A stretch of 63,283 nucleotides of DNA, filler included, from Stramenopiles sp. TOSAG23-3 (GCA_900128585.1; 10 parts of 10 records of this genome joined end to end with filler, not necessarily neighbours in it); one strand, 5' to 3'. Positions 41,201-50,251 are shown, counted from the whole stretch's first letter. Notes: generated by a model not told the origin, from the letters alone. Translations and numbers: made by a program.

Positions 41201-42426
41201 CATGGCCACAGTTAGTGCAGACAGCAGTCAGAGCATATAATGCACAACGAGGTAAAAAAGGTTTGTCCCCTTTCGAAATACTGTTTGGCTTTCAGCCAGA
41301 CTTTCCTATTGAGAACATACTTTTTAGAGTAAAACGTTGGGGCAAACTCTGGGATGAAAACAAATATTTCAGTGAGTTGGTACATCAAATCAGAAATAAC
41401 CACAGGAAAGCTAAAATTTTGGATACTAAACATGCGGACGAAAGAATATATCGAGAAATAAGGAACCCTAAACGTTTTGCTCCGGGGTTTGAAATAAACG
41501 ATCTAGTACTATGGCGACAGTCTCGGGTGGGGTCGAGAAGGCAAGGAACGGCCACAAAACTATACTACCAGTGTACGGGACCTCATAGGATAGTCGGAAA
41601 GAAAGAAAATCACGACTTGTACGCCATCGAACTGGGAAATTCGGGTATTCGCAAGGAATGGATACCAGGAGAACATTTAGCGGCAATCCCAGCTCGTATC
41701 GAATCTACAGTAACAAAGCCAAGAAACACTAATTGGATGATCGACGGTGATAACCGTATTATGACTGAACACAATGTAGGAGACATTGTGGCGATTAAAT
41801 TCAAACAGCGGCCGGGGCTAGAACCAAAAATGAATGTTAGAGTGGGCGAAATAGTCAAGATTTCCCCACAAAATGAAAGAAAACCCGTAACGATTCATAT
41901 ATATGGGCCGTTTCCCCGAAGGAATTTAACAGGTAGCGCACATACAGCAGGCTGGAGCCCTCTGATTGCAACGGAGGAAGGAGAACAGTTGGCGAAAGAC
42001 ATAAGAGGCACGAGACGATCGCGAAAAGGAAAACGGGTCTTGCTGGAACAAGAATTTTCGGATTTAATGCCAATCCCGCCGTTAGAACTAAATCAGGGAC
42101 ACATCAGTGCGGAAGGAAAACGGAACATACGACGGTTTATAAAACAAGAACAAGAAAACAGAGTTGGAAAAAGAAGCACCGGAACGGATACCATACGAGC
42201 GGTATGTACATCAACTCAGCATGAAATAAACGAAAGAGCCCGGGAGAAAACAAAGCGATGGGCACAGTGGCTAGCACACCAAATCCGAGCCGGAATTGAG
42301 GATGGGAAGGAGATATACGATAACGAGTACTATATCCGTACAGCGTTCAGCTGGAAGGGCGAACAGTATGTCGTTCCAAAACAACAGCAACAACGTCGAA
42401 ACAAAACAAAACAAAAGAAAACGTAG
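38269..42426 (+). CDS. pol: Gypsy pol polyprotein (RT, RNase H, integrase), N-terminally incomplete
   Basis: RT: SPYCSPLLVVPKPDG, MPFGLCNAP, YVDD, FLGHIVS. RNase H: HTDGS, ELECLA, DHKNL, ADLCSR. Integrase: H-x6-H...CPQC, YVDH/CDNG/VER (DDE), GPHRI. Uninterrupted for 1385 codons. Confidence 0.95.
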   Translation: MARQYFDIHSNDDVMIEVEKRIRVPAGTRIAQVETISQEERAARICPEEIIREVVAAVQVEQQDPCDTGTQHRQPADGDDGEQFDYPQGPARARQPQPTWRSLLGRDPSKDPGYEPATGERMKQLREELQLDQKTYFSKIFSPRQRVRAMSIIQRYSHVWKTIVTPIPRSVAEHVIDTGDQPPPYTRQYPLNPWQKEGVRQMVKELLSQGLIQESTSPYCSPLLVVPKPDGSPRVCFDARKLNAITKKDRYPVPNVTECLNRLSGACIFSTGDALSGFWQILLRIEDRIKTAFATEDGLFEFVVMPFGLCNAPSTFCRAMDKIMGDLRTLFVVLYVDDWMIPTKAERGIDVIDLHLDQLEATLAKFSIAGMSLKAKKTYLFELRVKFLGHIVSEKGREPAPDTVSVIKEAQPPRTKSAIKSWTGAVGYYRHFVPQLAKKLKPINDLTRDGVRFGQSTANRLWTKQHQKLFQEIKDALTSNPILCHPDFAKPFEIHTDGSVSGIGATLIQHDNEGRERVVEYASRGLTPAESRYETRELECLALIFAIRKFHRYLGQSFTAVVDHKNLLSLQSYVKHNRRLQRWAIELSQYGITMKHKKGEEHVMADLCSRLPEFNTERLQATPAPVIRQVLTGKITTEMARQQEANEIFKELEGMLDELAPDDNVAIRVVSSKMEGKETEETDLTSKSQEEEADVVPGVQLQTLPTRIKFSNPVVTLDELRQAQIEDDAWNRIRVDISSKRRQCKHSYLYDLDENDILVFTGTYIYHKTREERKHGRRIVVPKRVRRRLIWNFHNTIEAGHTGHMNVFEKISERFCWPGMFGDIKREIQSCPQCRKAKLTNSSRLDRLKTILTQLPFEILYVDHVEIPAKNSGNYTHIITMMDGFSRFLVAEVVRSTESRVACKVVWDRIVCGLGRIPGVIVCDNGFDSDEWKAFCRDLGSKPAVTAPYNPRANRVERTHRFLKALLRIAAENMGQATWPQLVQTAVRAYNAQRGKKGLSPFEILFGFQPDFPIENILFRVKRWGKLWDENKYFSELVHQIRNNHRKAKILDTKHADERIYREIRNPKRFAPGFEINDLVLWRQSRVGSRRQGTATKLYYQCTGPHRIVGKKENHDLYAIELGNSGIRKEWIPGEHLAAIPARIESTVTKPRNTNWMIDGDNRIMTEHNVGDIVAIKFKQRPGLEPKMNVRVGEIVKISPQNERKPVTIHIYGPFPRRNLTGSAHTAGWSPLIATEEGEQLAKDIRGTRRSRKGKRVLLEQEFSDLMPIPPLELNQGHISAEGKRNIRRFIKQEQENRVGKRSTGTDTIRAVCTSTQHEINERAREKTKRWAQWLAHQIRAGIEDGKEIYDNEYYIRTAFSWKGEQYVVPKQQQQRRNKTKQKKT

Positions 42427-42459
42427 GCTATACGAGCCGAAGCCACATCAAATTGAATA

Positions 42460-42580
42460 GCTAGACGAGCTAAATCTTAAATACGAAGTATTAATCATCA
42501 TAAAGTCAAACAGAGCTAGACGAGCTAAATCTTAAACATGAAGTATTAATCATAATTGAGCCAAACAAGAGCTAGACGAG
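42460..42580 (+). repeat. Tandem ~55-bp repeat (2.2 copies) in the retroelement 3' UTR
   Basis: Units beginning GCTAGACGAG at 42460, 42515 and 42571. Confidence 0.88.
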
Positions 42581-42864
42581 TTTTAGTGAGTATTGGTCAA
42601 GCAATAACCTTTTATTTTTTTTGGTTAAGCCGAGTCTCACACTACCGTAAGGTGTTCGTAAAGGAATCACTTCGCACCTATGCTTGAAATTGAAAAGAGT
42701 GTTTAGAAAATGTTGAAAAGAGAGGATCGAAAAGCCTAAACATAAAAGAAAGAGGGCAGTAACCCTAAAATTATCATGAGTGTGGAAAAGAAACCCTGAG
42801 AACACATTTAAGAAACCCTGAGAGTAACCCTAAGAGCTTAGCGAAAAAATTAGGTGAGATGGAA

Positions 42865-43257
42865 TGTAGTAATCTAACCATGAGCTATCTGAACGTTAAG
42901 GAAATGTATGCAAAAGAAAAGGAAAAGATACAGTTGAGGAAGCCGAATGAATGGCTGTCAGAGGTCAGATACAACGAATGGCTGGCAGCGTGGAAGTTAT
43001 TCTAGTTTGGCTAGAAGTCACGAGGGTATACTCTCAGGACTCGTGGACTTGTGTGAATTATTTCAGAGAGAAAAGATCTTCTAGATCTTCGACGTTTAGC
43101 TTTAAGCTTTTATCTAGCGAACTACAACCTTATTCTATTATTCTAGTTTTCTACACAAGTACCAAATAATATATATAAGAGATATTATTGTACTTCTTCT
43201 TGCGTCAAAGCTCTTGACGGCATCGGGCCACTTTTGATCTCTAAGGTCGCTACTACG
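42865..43257 (+). repeat. Putative 3' LTR (~390 bp)
   Basis: Preceded by PPT-like AGGTGAGATGGAA. Starts TGTAGTA and ends TACTACG (one mismatch from the inverted end TACTACA). Contains TATATAA. No second LTR in the window to confirm. Confidence 0.5.
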
Positions 43258-43393
43258 AGAAATCCTTGTGTAACCAAAGCGAGCATTTCTTGGAGAGGTT
43301 GTGTATATACGGTCAAAACTAAATCAAAACGAGAATTTCTTTGAGCATAAATTGATCCCTTCACTTCATTGGGTACACACAAAAAAGTCTACA

Positions 43394-44110
43394 ATGGCGG
43401 CAGTAGTTTCTTCAGAGAAAAAGTTCCAGCTGTACTATTTTCCTCTGAAAGCAAAAGGGCTCGGCGTTGCCCTGATTGCTCAGTTTTCAGGTCTGCCATG
43501 GGATGGCCCCGCTTCATTAAACTATGATGTTAGAAAGAACTGGAAGGAGTTAAAATCAAGCGGCGACTGCGTGTTTGGGCAATTGCCTTACTTAAAGACC
43601 GCCCAAGGGGTTGGTATAAATCAGACCACAGCGATTGTACAATATATTTCCAAGCTTGCAGGCTCAACACTTGAGGGGGCGAACGAGGAAGACTGGATAA
43701 TGAACCAAATGCTTATTGCCGAAGCGGAAGATTTGTATACAGCTTTGCAAAAGTACCAACCGACCCTTTATGTTAGTTTGGGACGCCCTGATCGCTTCAA
43801 GGCTGACCTTGAAGGGCACAGATTTTACTGGGCGACCTGGGTTCCGAAACAATTTAAAATGGTTGAAGCGCTATTTCGGGGGAAACCGCATTTGACGACG
43901 ACAGGGTTTACTGCCGGGGAACTGCTTCTGTTTTCCTATGTGCATCAAATGGTGCTCGTTCAGCCTGCAGATATGCTAGAAGGATTTCCTGCATTGTCTT
44001 CCTGGTACAAAATTGTTCTCAACGATGAAAACACCCAAGCTGTGTTGAACGGCAAATCCAATTTTGGAAATTTGGAAAATTACTTTGTAAAAGTGGAGGG
44101 GGAGAACTAG
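43394..44110 (+). CDS. Glutathione S-transferase
   Basis: FQLYYFPLKAKG (Tyr-type N-terminus), FGQLPYL, INQTTAIVQYI, C-domain FTAGELLLF and FPALSSWY. First ATG at 43394. Confidence 0.88.
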   Translation: MAAVVSSEKKFQLYYFPLKAKGLGVALIAQFSGLPWDGPASLNYDVRKNWKELKSSGDCVFGQLPYLKTAQGVGINQTTAIVQYISKLAGSTLEGANEEDWIMNQMLIAEAEDLYTALQKYQPTLYVSLGRPDRFKADLEGHRFYWATWVPKQFKMVEALFRGKPHLTTTGFTAGELLLFSYVHQMVLVQPADMLEGFPALSSWYKIVLNDENTQAVLNGKSNFGNLENYFVKVEGEN

Positions 44111-44120
44111 CTAGTATTTT

Positions 44121-44150
44121 AAACAAGAAAATTGGCTGTTATTTAAGTAA
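44121..44150 (+). terminator. Conserved 30-bp post-stop element, consensus copy
   Basis: AAACAAGAAAATTGGCTGTTATTTAAGTAA, 10 bp after the GST stop; exact reverse complement of 45947-45976 on another contig. Confidence 0.55.
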
Positions 44151-44340
44151 TTTTTGTATTAAATTATCTTTGCTCTTTTGGTTTTACTAATCGATATATA
44201 CCCTTGTCACTTAGTCTTGACTATCATTCTCAGATTTATATTATGAGGAAGCTAAAATTTAATCTCTGAGTGAGATATCGGATGAGGACGTTAATGGACA
44301 AATGGAATCAAATCGTTCATTGGAAAATATATCATCCCCT

Positions 44341-44440
44341 NNNNNNNNNNNNNNNNNNNNNNNNNNNNNNNNNNNNNNNNNNNNTTAATTAATTAANNNN
44401 NNNNNNNNNNNNNNNNNNNNNNNNNNNNNNNNNNNNNNNN
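44341..44440. other. Artificial contig linker
   Basis: N44-TTAATTAATTAA-N44. Confidence 0.98.
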
Positions 44441-44512
44441 CCCCTCCACCTTCACCTGTACAAAATTCACCGTGGCGCGCCAACGTGTAAAAAAAAAGAG
44501 CGCAGAAAACGA

Positions 44513-45717
44513 AATGCCCAATAGTTTAACGGGTGCTTCGACGCCGCACCACCGCCCCAGGCGAAATCTTGCGGCGAAATCATTCTGGAAGAAAACGTGG
44601 CCGAGCCTGAAAGACCAAGGTTGGGATTACGATGGGAAGCGTTTTTTTTACCCGCCTGATGGTTACAAAGAGTACGTCCAAAAGCAAAGGCGCTCTGGAA
44701 AAGACGTAAAAGAATTCTTTGACGGGATTGCAGAAGTCGGGGAGTACGTTCGGCAGAACCCCGGGATAAATTTCGTCAAAGAGGAAGCGGTGGCGAAAGG
44801 TGTAAAGTCCGCGAGCGCGCAATCGGGAGGCGCCACGGAGGAAGAGCACAAAACGGCCTCCAACGAAGATTCCAAATCAATAGCAAAGGGGAAGGACTCA
44901 AAAAAGCCGGCCGCGGAGAACGAAAAAGGCGAGGCGGTAGTGCTGCGAACGCCGTGCAGCTCTCCAAAGGAAGAGCCCAGCGGCCCCGACCCAAAGACCG
45001 AATTTCGGCTGGCGGCGGCCTCTGGCCGTGGGTCCCCCCCCCTCCACCGTTAAAAAAGAAAGGAAGAAAGCCACGATCAAGCTGAGGCGGGTGAAACCTC
45101 CGCGACGAATGCACAGCCAGTCGCTGGACAGTGGCCCAAAGGTGTACATTTGCGACCGCTGCGGGCGGGATAACTTCATAAACGGCCATGCTCTCGGCGG
45201 GCACAAGAAATACTGCAGCAAGCCGGAGTACGACGAAGCGCGAGCACGCTCCAGCAATAGAGCGCAGCGCGCCATCGACGGGCGGCACAAGAGAAAACGC
45301 TCGTCCTCTTTCCCGGCGGAGGGTTCCTCCCAGAATGGCCTTGCTGGCCTCACCAGCAATAGTGTCAGTCGAACTTCCAGCAGCTCGTCCTCTGGATTCA
45401 ACCTGCAAGGCATCACGAACTCGATTCGTGACTTTGCGGACCGAGTGGACGATTTGGACGACATCGAACTGGACGAAGCGTTGAACACCAGCGATTTGTT
45501 TGAGCTGCAAGTGATCCAGACGGTGTTGCGGGAAGAACGCGCGCGCCTGACAGGGCGTTTGGCTGGCCTTGAAGCCGCAGAACCGCACGACCCAATCCCA
45601 TTAGCTGACATTTTTGACGACGTCCCCGGTGTCGAGGAACAAAAATCAGGGGAGGTGGACGACGAGTATGAAACGGAACTGGTCGGGACGGAATTGGCGA
45701 TGAGCCTGGGGTTTTGA
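44513..45717 (+). CDS. C2H2/C2HC zinc-finger protein, apparently one gene split by a frameshift in a C9 run (45034-45042)
   Basis: ORFs 44472-45053 and 45028-45717 fuse if one C is removed. Zinc finger YICDRCGRDNFINGHALGGHKKYC; N-terminal aromatic domain WPSLKDQGW...FYPPDG...FFDG. Confidence 0.7.
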
Positions 45718-45946
45718 GAAGAGGATGCTTGTGGCCCTATCTAGCGCGACACGCTCAAATTAAAAACAAAAAATACACGGAACACCTGAGCGAATGGTTC
45801 TTGTGTTTCAGTTGGCGAGAGTAGGGTGCTGGTGTAGAGTTCCATTAAGTAAAAAAAAAAAAATGTGTGGAATTCGTAGTAGTCTGGTACGGTGCCTTTA
45901 AAGATCAAACTCTCTTTATTAGGAAATACAAAAATAAAAAAACAAA

Positions 45947-45976
45947 TTACTTAAATAACAGCCAATTTTCTTGTTT
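45947..45976 (-). terminator. Conserved 30-bp post-stop element, consensus copy
   Basis: TTACTTAAATAACAGCCAATTTTCTTGTTT, 190 bp downstream of the GH20 stop. Confidence 0.55.
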
Positions 45977-46166
45977 TAAATATTATAATACATGATGATG
46001 CCTGCTTTTTTCAAGTTCTTATTTACCGGCACCGTACTGGGGTACATTAATGTTAATTTACTAAACACAAAGTACTTCGTATTTTTTATGCCCCGATGTA
46101 TTTTAGAAATAAAACACACGCACTTTCGTAATTCTTACAGTACTTGTTTGAGTCCGAACGACATCC

Positions 46167-48515
46167 CTACTTCTGCCCGTCCCAGCCATGCTTCGCAAAG
46201 TACGACTCCCATGTCTCATCGCACCTATGTGTCATTGTGCAGGCGTTACAGTTGACCAAGGGGCACGTAGCCCTTTCCCCGCCTTTTAACGCAATAAACC
46301 CTTTCACACGCTCCTCAACCCTGTCGGACGCTGCAAAGTACCTTCTCAAGAACGCTTCGATCGGCAAGTCCTTTTTAAAGCGGTAAAAGGACCCAGCCGC
46401 CGCGGCAGCGCGAGGGAAAATTACGGACAGAAAGTTGTGACCAAACAGGTCGTCCTGCTTGCGTTTGAACAGCCACCCGATGTGCCCTCCCCAAGTTGGT
46501 GCATGCCCTACACACTTATCGTGAGGGCAATACTCGTCGGTCCACATGGTCGTCTCCCCCCCGAGCAGAAACTTTGTGTCCACTCCGTCTTCTACTATGT
46601 CGGTCCACATGCAGTCTTGGAAGGAAATGTCCACCATATTGCAGGCAGTGCTCGTGTGGTCCAAGTAGAACTTGTCGTACTTGGAATAGATGATAGGAAT
46701 GCGATTCAAAGTGGCCCTGGTTGCGTTGCATTTGAGACTCCAGCACTGCACAATCGTTCTTGCACTCTTGCTCAGCGCGTTTAAGATTTCATACGCTTCG
46801 TTCCAAACAACTGGCGTTCTGCCATACACCTGACTGACTTCCTCTTGGATGGCCTTGGACAGGTGCCCAAAGTTCCCCTGGTTGCACGGGCCCTTGTTTT
46901 CCGTTTCGTCTCCGCCAATATGCACGATCTTTGCCTTTGGGAAAAATGAGAGCATTTCCTTCAGCAGGATCTTTACACTGCTCAAGGTTTTGTTTTCTTT
47001 GTCGTGAAAAAGCTGCCACTCCTTGTTGTCACAGAAGAGCATCTTGTCTTTGGACAGGCCAGAGAAACTGTGGGCGTGGCCGGGAATGTCGATTTCTGGG
47101 TAAACTGCGATGCCCCTTTGCTCTGCAAAATCATTAATTATTTTAAAATCAGCTTTGCTGTAGAACCGTTTTTTCTGGTTCAATTTTGGGAACGTTTCCG
47201 ATTTCCACCGAATGGCGACCCAATCGTTGAGGTGAAAGTGGAACGCGTTCATTTTTAACGACGCCATCCCTTCTAAAATTGCTAAAATGGTCGGGACCGG
47301 GACAAAGCGACGGCCAACGTCGACCAACAGGCCTCGGTGCGGGTACATCGGCCTGTCCCTGATTTTGAACGACGACGCGATGCAGTAACCGCGGGAGCAT
47401 ATTTGGGAAAGGGTCTCTATTCCCATCAAAAAGCCATTCGTTGTCCTGGCAGATAAATACATGGTGTCTTGGTCCCCCTTCAATTCAATGGCATACCCAT
47501 CGTCACTGCTGTTTTGGGCATCACCTTGTGGCGTCGTCTGGAGGCGAACCGACATCACGGAACGAGTGGCATTCGCTGAATCTGCACCCGACAGGATTCG
47601 AGCTTTGGCCCTTTCAAACGCTCGTTCGACTATGGTTTTGGAGATTTGATCTCCAGGGGCGTCAAACTCCAGGGCCAGGCTTTTGCTAACTGGTCGAGCC
47701 CCCCCCCTCCAATTGTCTATGCTTTCCGGAAGCGGCCAGATCAACTCTTCGTGGGCTTTCATCGGCTCCTTTTCTATCCTCCTCATCGCTTCTTTGAACT
47801 CCAGCTGGTTTCCCACATTTTTGTTGTACATTACGACCGACATTCCTGAAATCAGCCCGACTTTGTTATTTACCATCTTGTTCGCACCAGACTTTAGCCA
47901 GCAGGTCCCATCGGCATGCGTCCATGCTTCACACTTTGGATTCTGTACACATTTGCTGCAGCATTCGTTCGTTGTGGCAGTTTTCTCGCTGCCGACATCC
48001 ATGCCGGGGATATCCGCCTGCATAAAGTAATAGTACAACATGGGCGCATGGTTTGGAGCATTGCAAGAGACGGGTTTTTTCGCGTGGATGTCAACTTGGT
48101 CAACGGAAACGGACCGAGAGTCTATCGGGGTCGTTGCCAGCCGCGCCAGTTGCGGCAGCGGGGGTCCCGCCCATAACGGCTCCGCTGCTGCCTTTTCTCT
48201 GATCTTTTTCAGTTCGGAGCGAAGCTGTGGGTCGTCCTCAGGTGTTACGTCAAATATTTTATTGATCCCTTTCGCTGCCTCGGCGTGAAGATCCGCGGCC
48301 CCTTCCTCGCTTTTGCTAAAAAACACGTCGGAAAGGAAAAACAGAAGAACTGTGAAGGTTACCAGTGTGCTATACAATACTACTCTGTGTAGGAGAGGAA
48401 ACGTATCCTTTTTGTACTTATCCTCAGTAGCATACCCAGCTTCATCCGCTTCAGGGCGGGAGGACGTTACGTGCAACCGTGCACCCCCTTGACGCGGCAG
48501 ACGTGGCCTCATCAC
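46167..48515 (-). CDS. Type II membrane GH20 beta-N-acetylhexosaminidase with a PAN/apple domain
   Basis: N-terminal TM; PAN pattern ECCSKCVQNPKCEAWTH...CWLK; DRPMYPHRGLLVDVGRRF, PEIDIPGHA, catalytic HIGGDE, LGGETTMWTDE. Confidence 0.92.
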   Translation of the reverse strand: MMRPRLPRQGGARLHVTSSRPEADEAGYATEDKYKKDTFPLLHRVVLYSTLVTFTVLLFFLSDVFFSKSEEGAADLHAEAAKGINKIFDVTPEDDPQLRSELKKIREKAAAEPLWAGPPLPQLARLATTPIDSRSVSVDQVDIHAKKPVSCNAPNHAPMLYYYFMQADIPGMDVGSEKTATTNECCSKCVQNPKCEAWTHADGTCWLKSGANKMVNNKVGLISGMSVVMYNKNVGNQLEFKEAMRRIEKEPMKAHEELIWPLPESIDNWRGGARPVSKSLALEFDAPGDQISKTIVERAFERAKARILSGADSANATRSVMSVRLQTTPQGDAQNSSDDGYAIELKGDQDTMYLSARTTNGFLMGIETLSQICSRGYCIASSFKIRDRPMYPHRGLLVDVGRRFVPVPTILAILEGMASLKMNAFHFHLNDWVAIRWKSETFPKLNQKKRFYSKADFKIINDFAEQRGIAVYPEIDIPGHAHSFSGLSKDKMLFCDNKEWQLFHDKENKTLSSVKILLKEMLSFFPKAKIVHIGGDETENKGPCNQGNFGHLSKAIQEEVSQVYGRTPVVWNEAYEILNALSKSARTIVQCWSLKCNATRATLNRIPIIYSKYDKFYLDHTSTACNMVDISFQDCMWTDIVEDGVDTKFLLGGETTMWTDEYCPHDKCVGHAPTWGGHIGWLFKRKQDDLFGHNFLSVIFPRAAAAAGSFYRFKKDLPIEAFLRRYFAASDRVEERVKGFIALKGGERATCPLVNCNACTMTHRCDETWESYFAKHGWDGQK

Positions 48516-49252
48516 TTAAAAATCTTCAAAAACCAAATGGTAAAGCCTCCCCCCGGTTCAAAAAGAAGCCAAACGAAGACCCACCCGCACCAGCACACAC
48601 TCTGAAAGAGAGAAGAAAAAACGAGACCTTTCCTTCCACTGCATGTAACGCCTCTACACACACTCACAACCAAAGTATCGTTCTTACGAAATAAGCCTGT
48701 TTGTCTATTGTTCTCTTTTATCGTGATGCTTTATCGTGATGCAACGACGAAGACACTATGTTTTTATATTAAAAACAACATTTGATCCAACAAAATTGAT
48801 CTTATTCTCATTTAAAAGATTTTGTCAATCAACAATAAAAATCTTTGTTGCAGGAGGCGGCATGCAGCTGTGGTGGTGGTGGTGTTTTTTTAATTTTTTT
48901 ATTATTTTTGTTAGAAGAAGAAGAGGGCTAGAAGAAGACTATAAAATATAAATAATAATAATAAAAAATAGCTTAAAATATATTATATACAGCAGAGTAG
49001 TAGTAAGGGAAAATAATTAATAATAATGTAATAAAAAAAGGTTATCTATAATAATAATATTTTATAGATGCTATTATTAAAAAATAGACGACTATTATAT
49101 TAGAAATATTATTTTACCGGTAGTGACGACTATTAAACCAAACCAAATAAAATAATAATCAAAATCTTAGTGTTATTATAAAAAAAGTGGCAGATGGCAT
49201 AACTTTAGAGGATTTGCCTGGGACGGTTGCCCCACTGCAGGTTTTGGAGTCG

Positions 49253-50251
49253 TCAAAAATCGTAAAATGCTTGTAGTATGTTCTCCGTGGCAATAGCTGG
49301 CGATGCTCTATTTTTTTCGTCCAGTAAAGGAATCGGCTGACCCATGTGCTTTGGTATCACCACGTTCGATTTTTTGATAATTGCTTGGATGCGCAACCTT
49401 TCTGATGGTTTCGGGGGTGGGAGAACTGTCATGGAATGGGCAATGCAATTGAGTATACCCTTCTTGTTTAGCGATGCTTGCATATTTTCTGGTACGCACA
49501 TTTTCACTAGTTCATTCTCGAGCCGTTGCACATTCCGACGCCTTCGCTCCCCCCTCTGCTTATTCTCCATGCGCTGGACACCTCGCTTGTCTTTTGCAAA
49601 ACCGCCCTTGGGAATTTGGAACCCATTTTCCGTCACACGACACCCGGGCGTGATAAAAGAGGCCGGCATTGCCCGAAAGTTACTGTCTTCTATCAGCAGA
49701 TTGGGTGGGAAAGGAGGCAGCCCTTTCGCTAGCCGAAGGCGCACCAAGACTATTTTTAAAGTCTGCTTCTCCGTAGGGCCACGGCGTGAAACCCTGTGCG
49801 CCGAATCAACAAACTCCCTGGTTAGTTCTTTCAGTTTGTCGAGCCCCACTTTAATCGCATCTCTGCGACTCTGCTCACATTCTTGCTTTGCTTTCTTATT
49901 CTTCATAACTTCTTTAAATAAAACGTAGTCAACATCAGTATTCCGTGAGCTACTGCTAATCGAAGCTTGCTTCCGCTTAGAGCCAACCGCCGAAAGGGCA
50001 GAATGCGAACTGATTTTGAATTTCCCACGTGCGTTCGCAAATCTTTTTACAGGGGCGTTGTTACGGCCGGCTTTTACCGAGCGACCGTTGGGGGCTTCGC
50101 TCTCACACACACTAATAAGCAAGTCAAGCCCCCCGACTTCCAGTTCTCCAAGGGCACTTTCGTGTTTTAGATTACCCCCGCGTGGCCGCCTAGACCCTCC
50201 AATCACAGCCCCGACAACCGCCCTACGCACGGCTGCGGATACGTTCTCCAT
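49253..50251 (-). CDS. Protein with two bHLH-like segments
   Basis: KQECEQSRRDAIKVGLDKLKEL...EKQTL and ERRRRNVQRLENELVKMCVP...NKKGIL resemble E-x-x-RR...L...K-x-x-IL. First ATG (MENVS) at 50251. Confidence 0.55.
   Translation of the reverse strand: MENVSAAVRRAVVGAVIGGSRRPRGGNLKHESALGELEVGGLDLLISVCESEAPNGRSVKAGRNNAPVKRFANARGKFKISSHSALSAVGSKRKQASISSSSRNTDVDYVLFKEVMKNKKAKQECEQSRRDAIKVGLDKLKELTREFVDSAHRVSRRGPTEKQTLKIVLVRLRLAKGLPPFPPNLLIEDSNFRAMPASFITPGCRVTENGFQIPKGGFAKDKRGVQRMENKQRGERRRRNVQRLENELVKMCVPENMQASLNKKGILNCIAHSMTVLPPPKPSERLRIQAIIKKSNVVIPKHMGQPIPLLDEKNRASPAIATENILQAFYDF

Larger units (their letters stand above)
38199..43257 (+). mobile_element. Ty3/Gypsy LTR retrotransposon, 5'-truncated (no gag, protease or 5' LTR)
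   Basis: pol with RT-RNaseH-integrase order, 3' tandem repeats, and a purine-rich tract followed by TGTAGTA (putative 3' LTR). Confidence 0.85.

Noticed and set aside
42460-42580. Repeat-spacer-like array (possible CRISPR)
   Set aside because: The intervening sequences are homologous to each other, there are only ~2 units, no cas genes, and the context is a eukaryotic retroelement.
42759-42836. AACCCTAA/AACCCTGA telomere-like words in the retroelement 3' UTR
   Set aside because: Four scattered imperfect words, not a tandem array; insufficient to claim telomere association.
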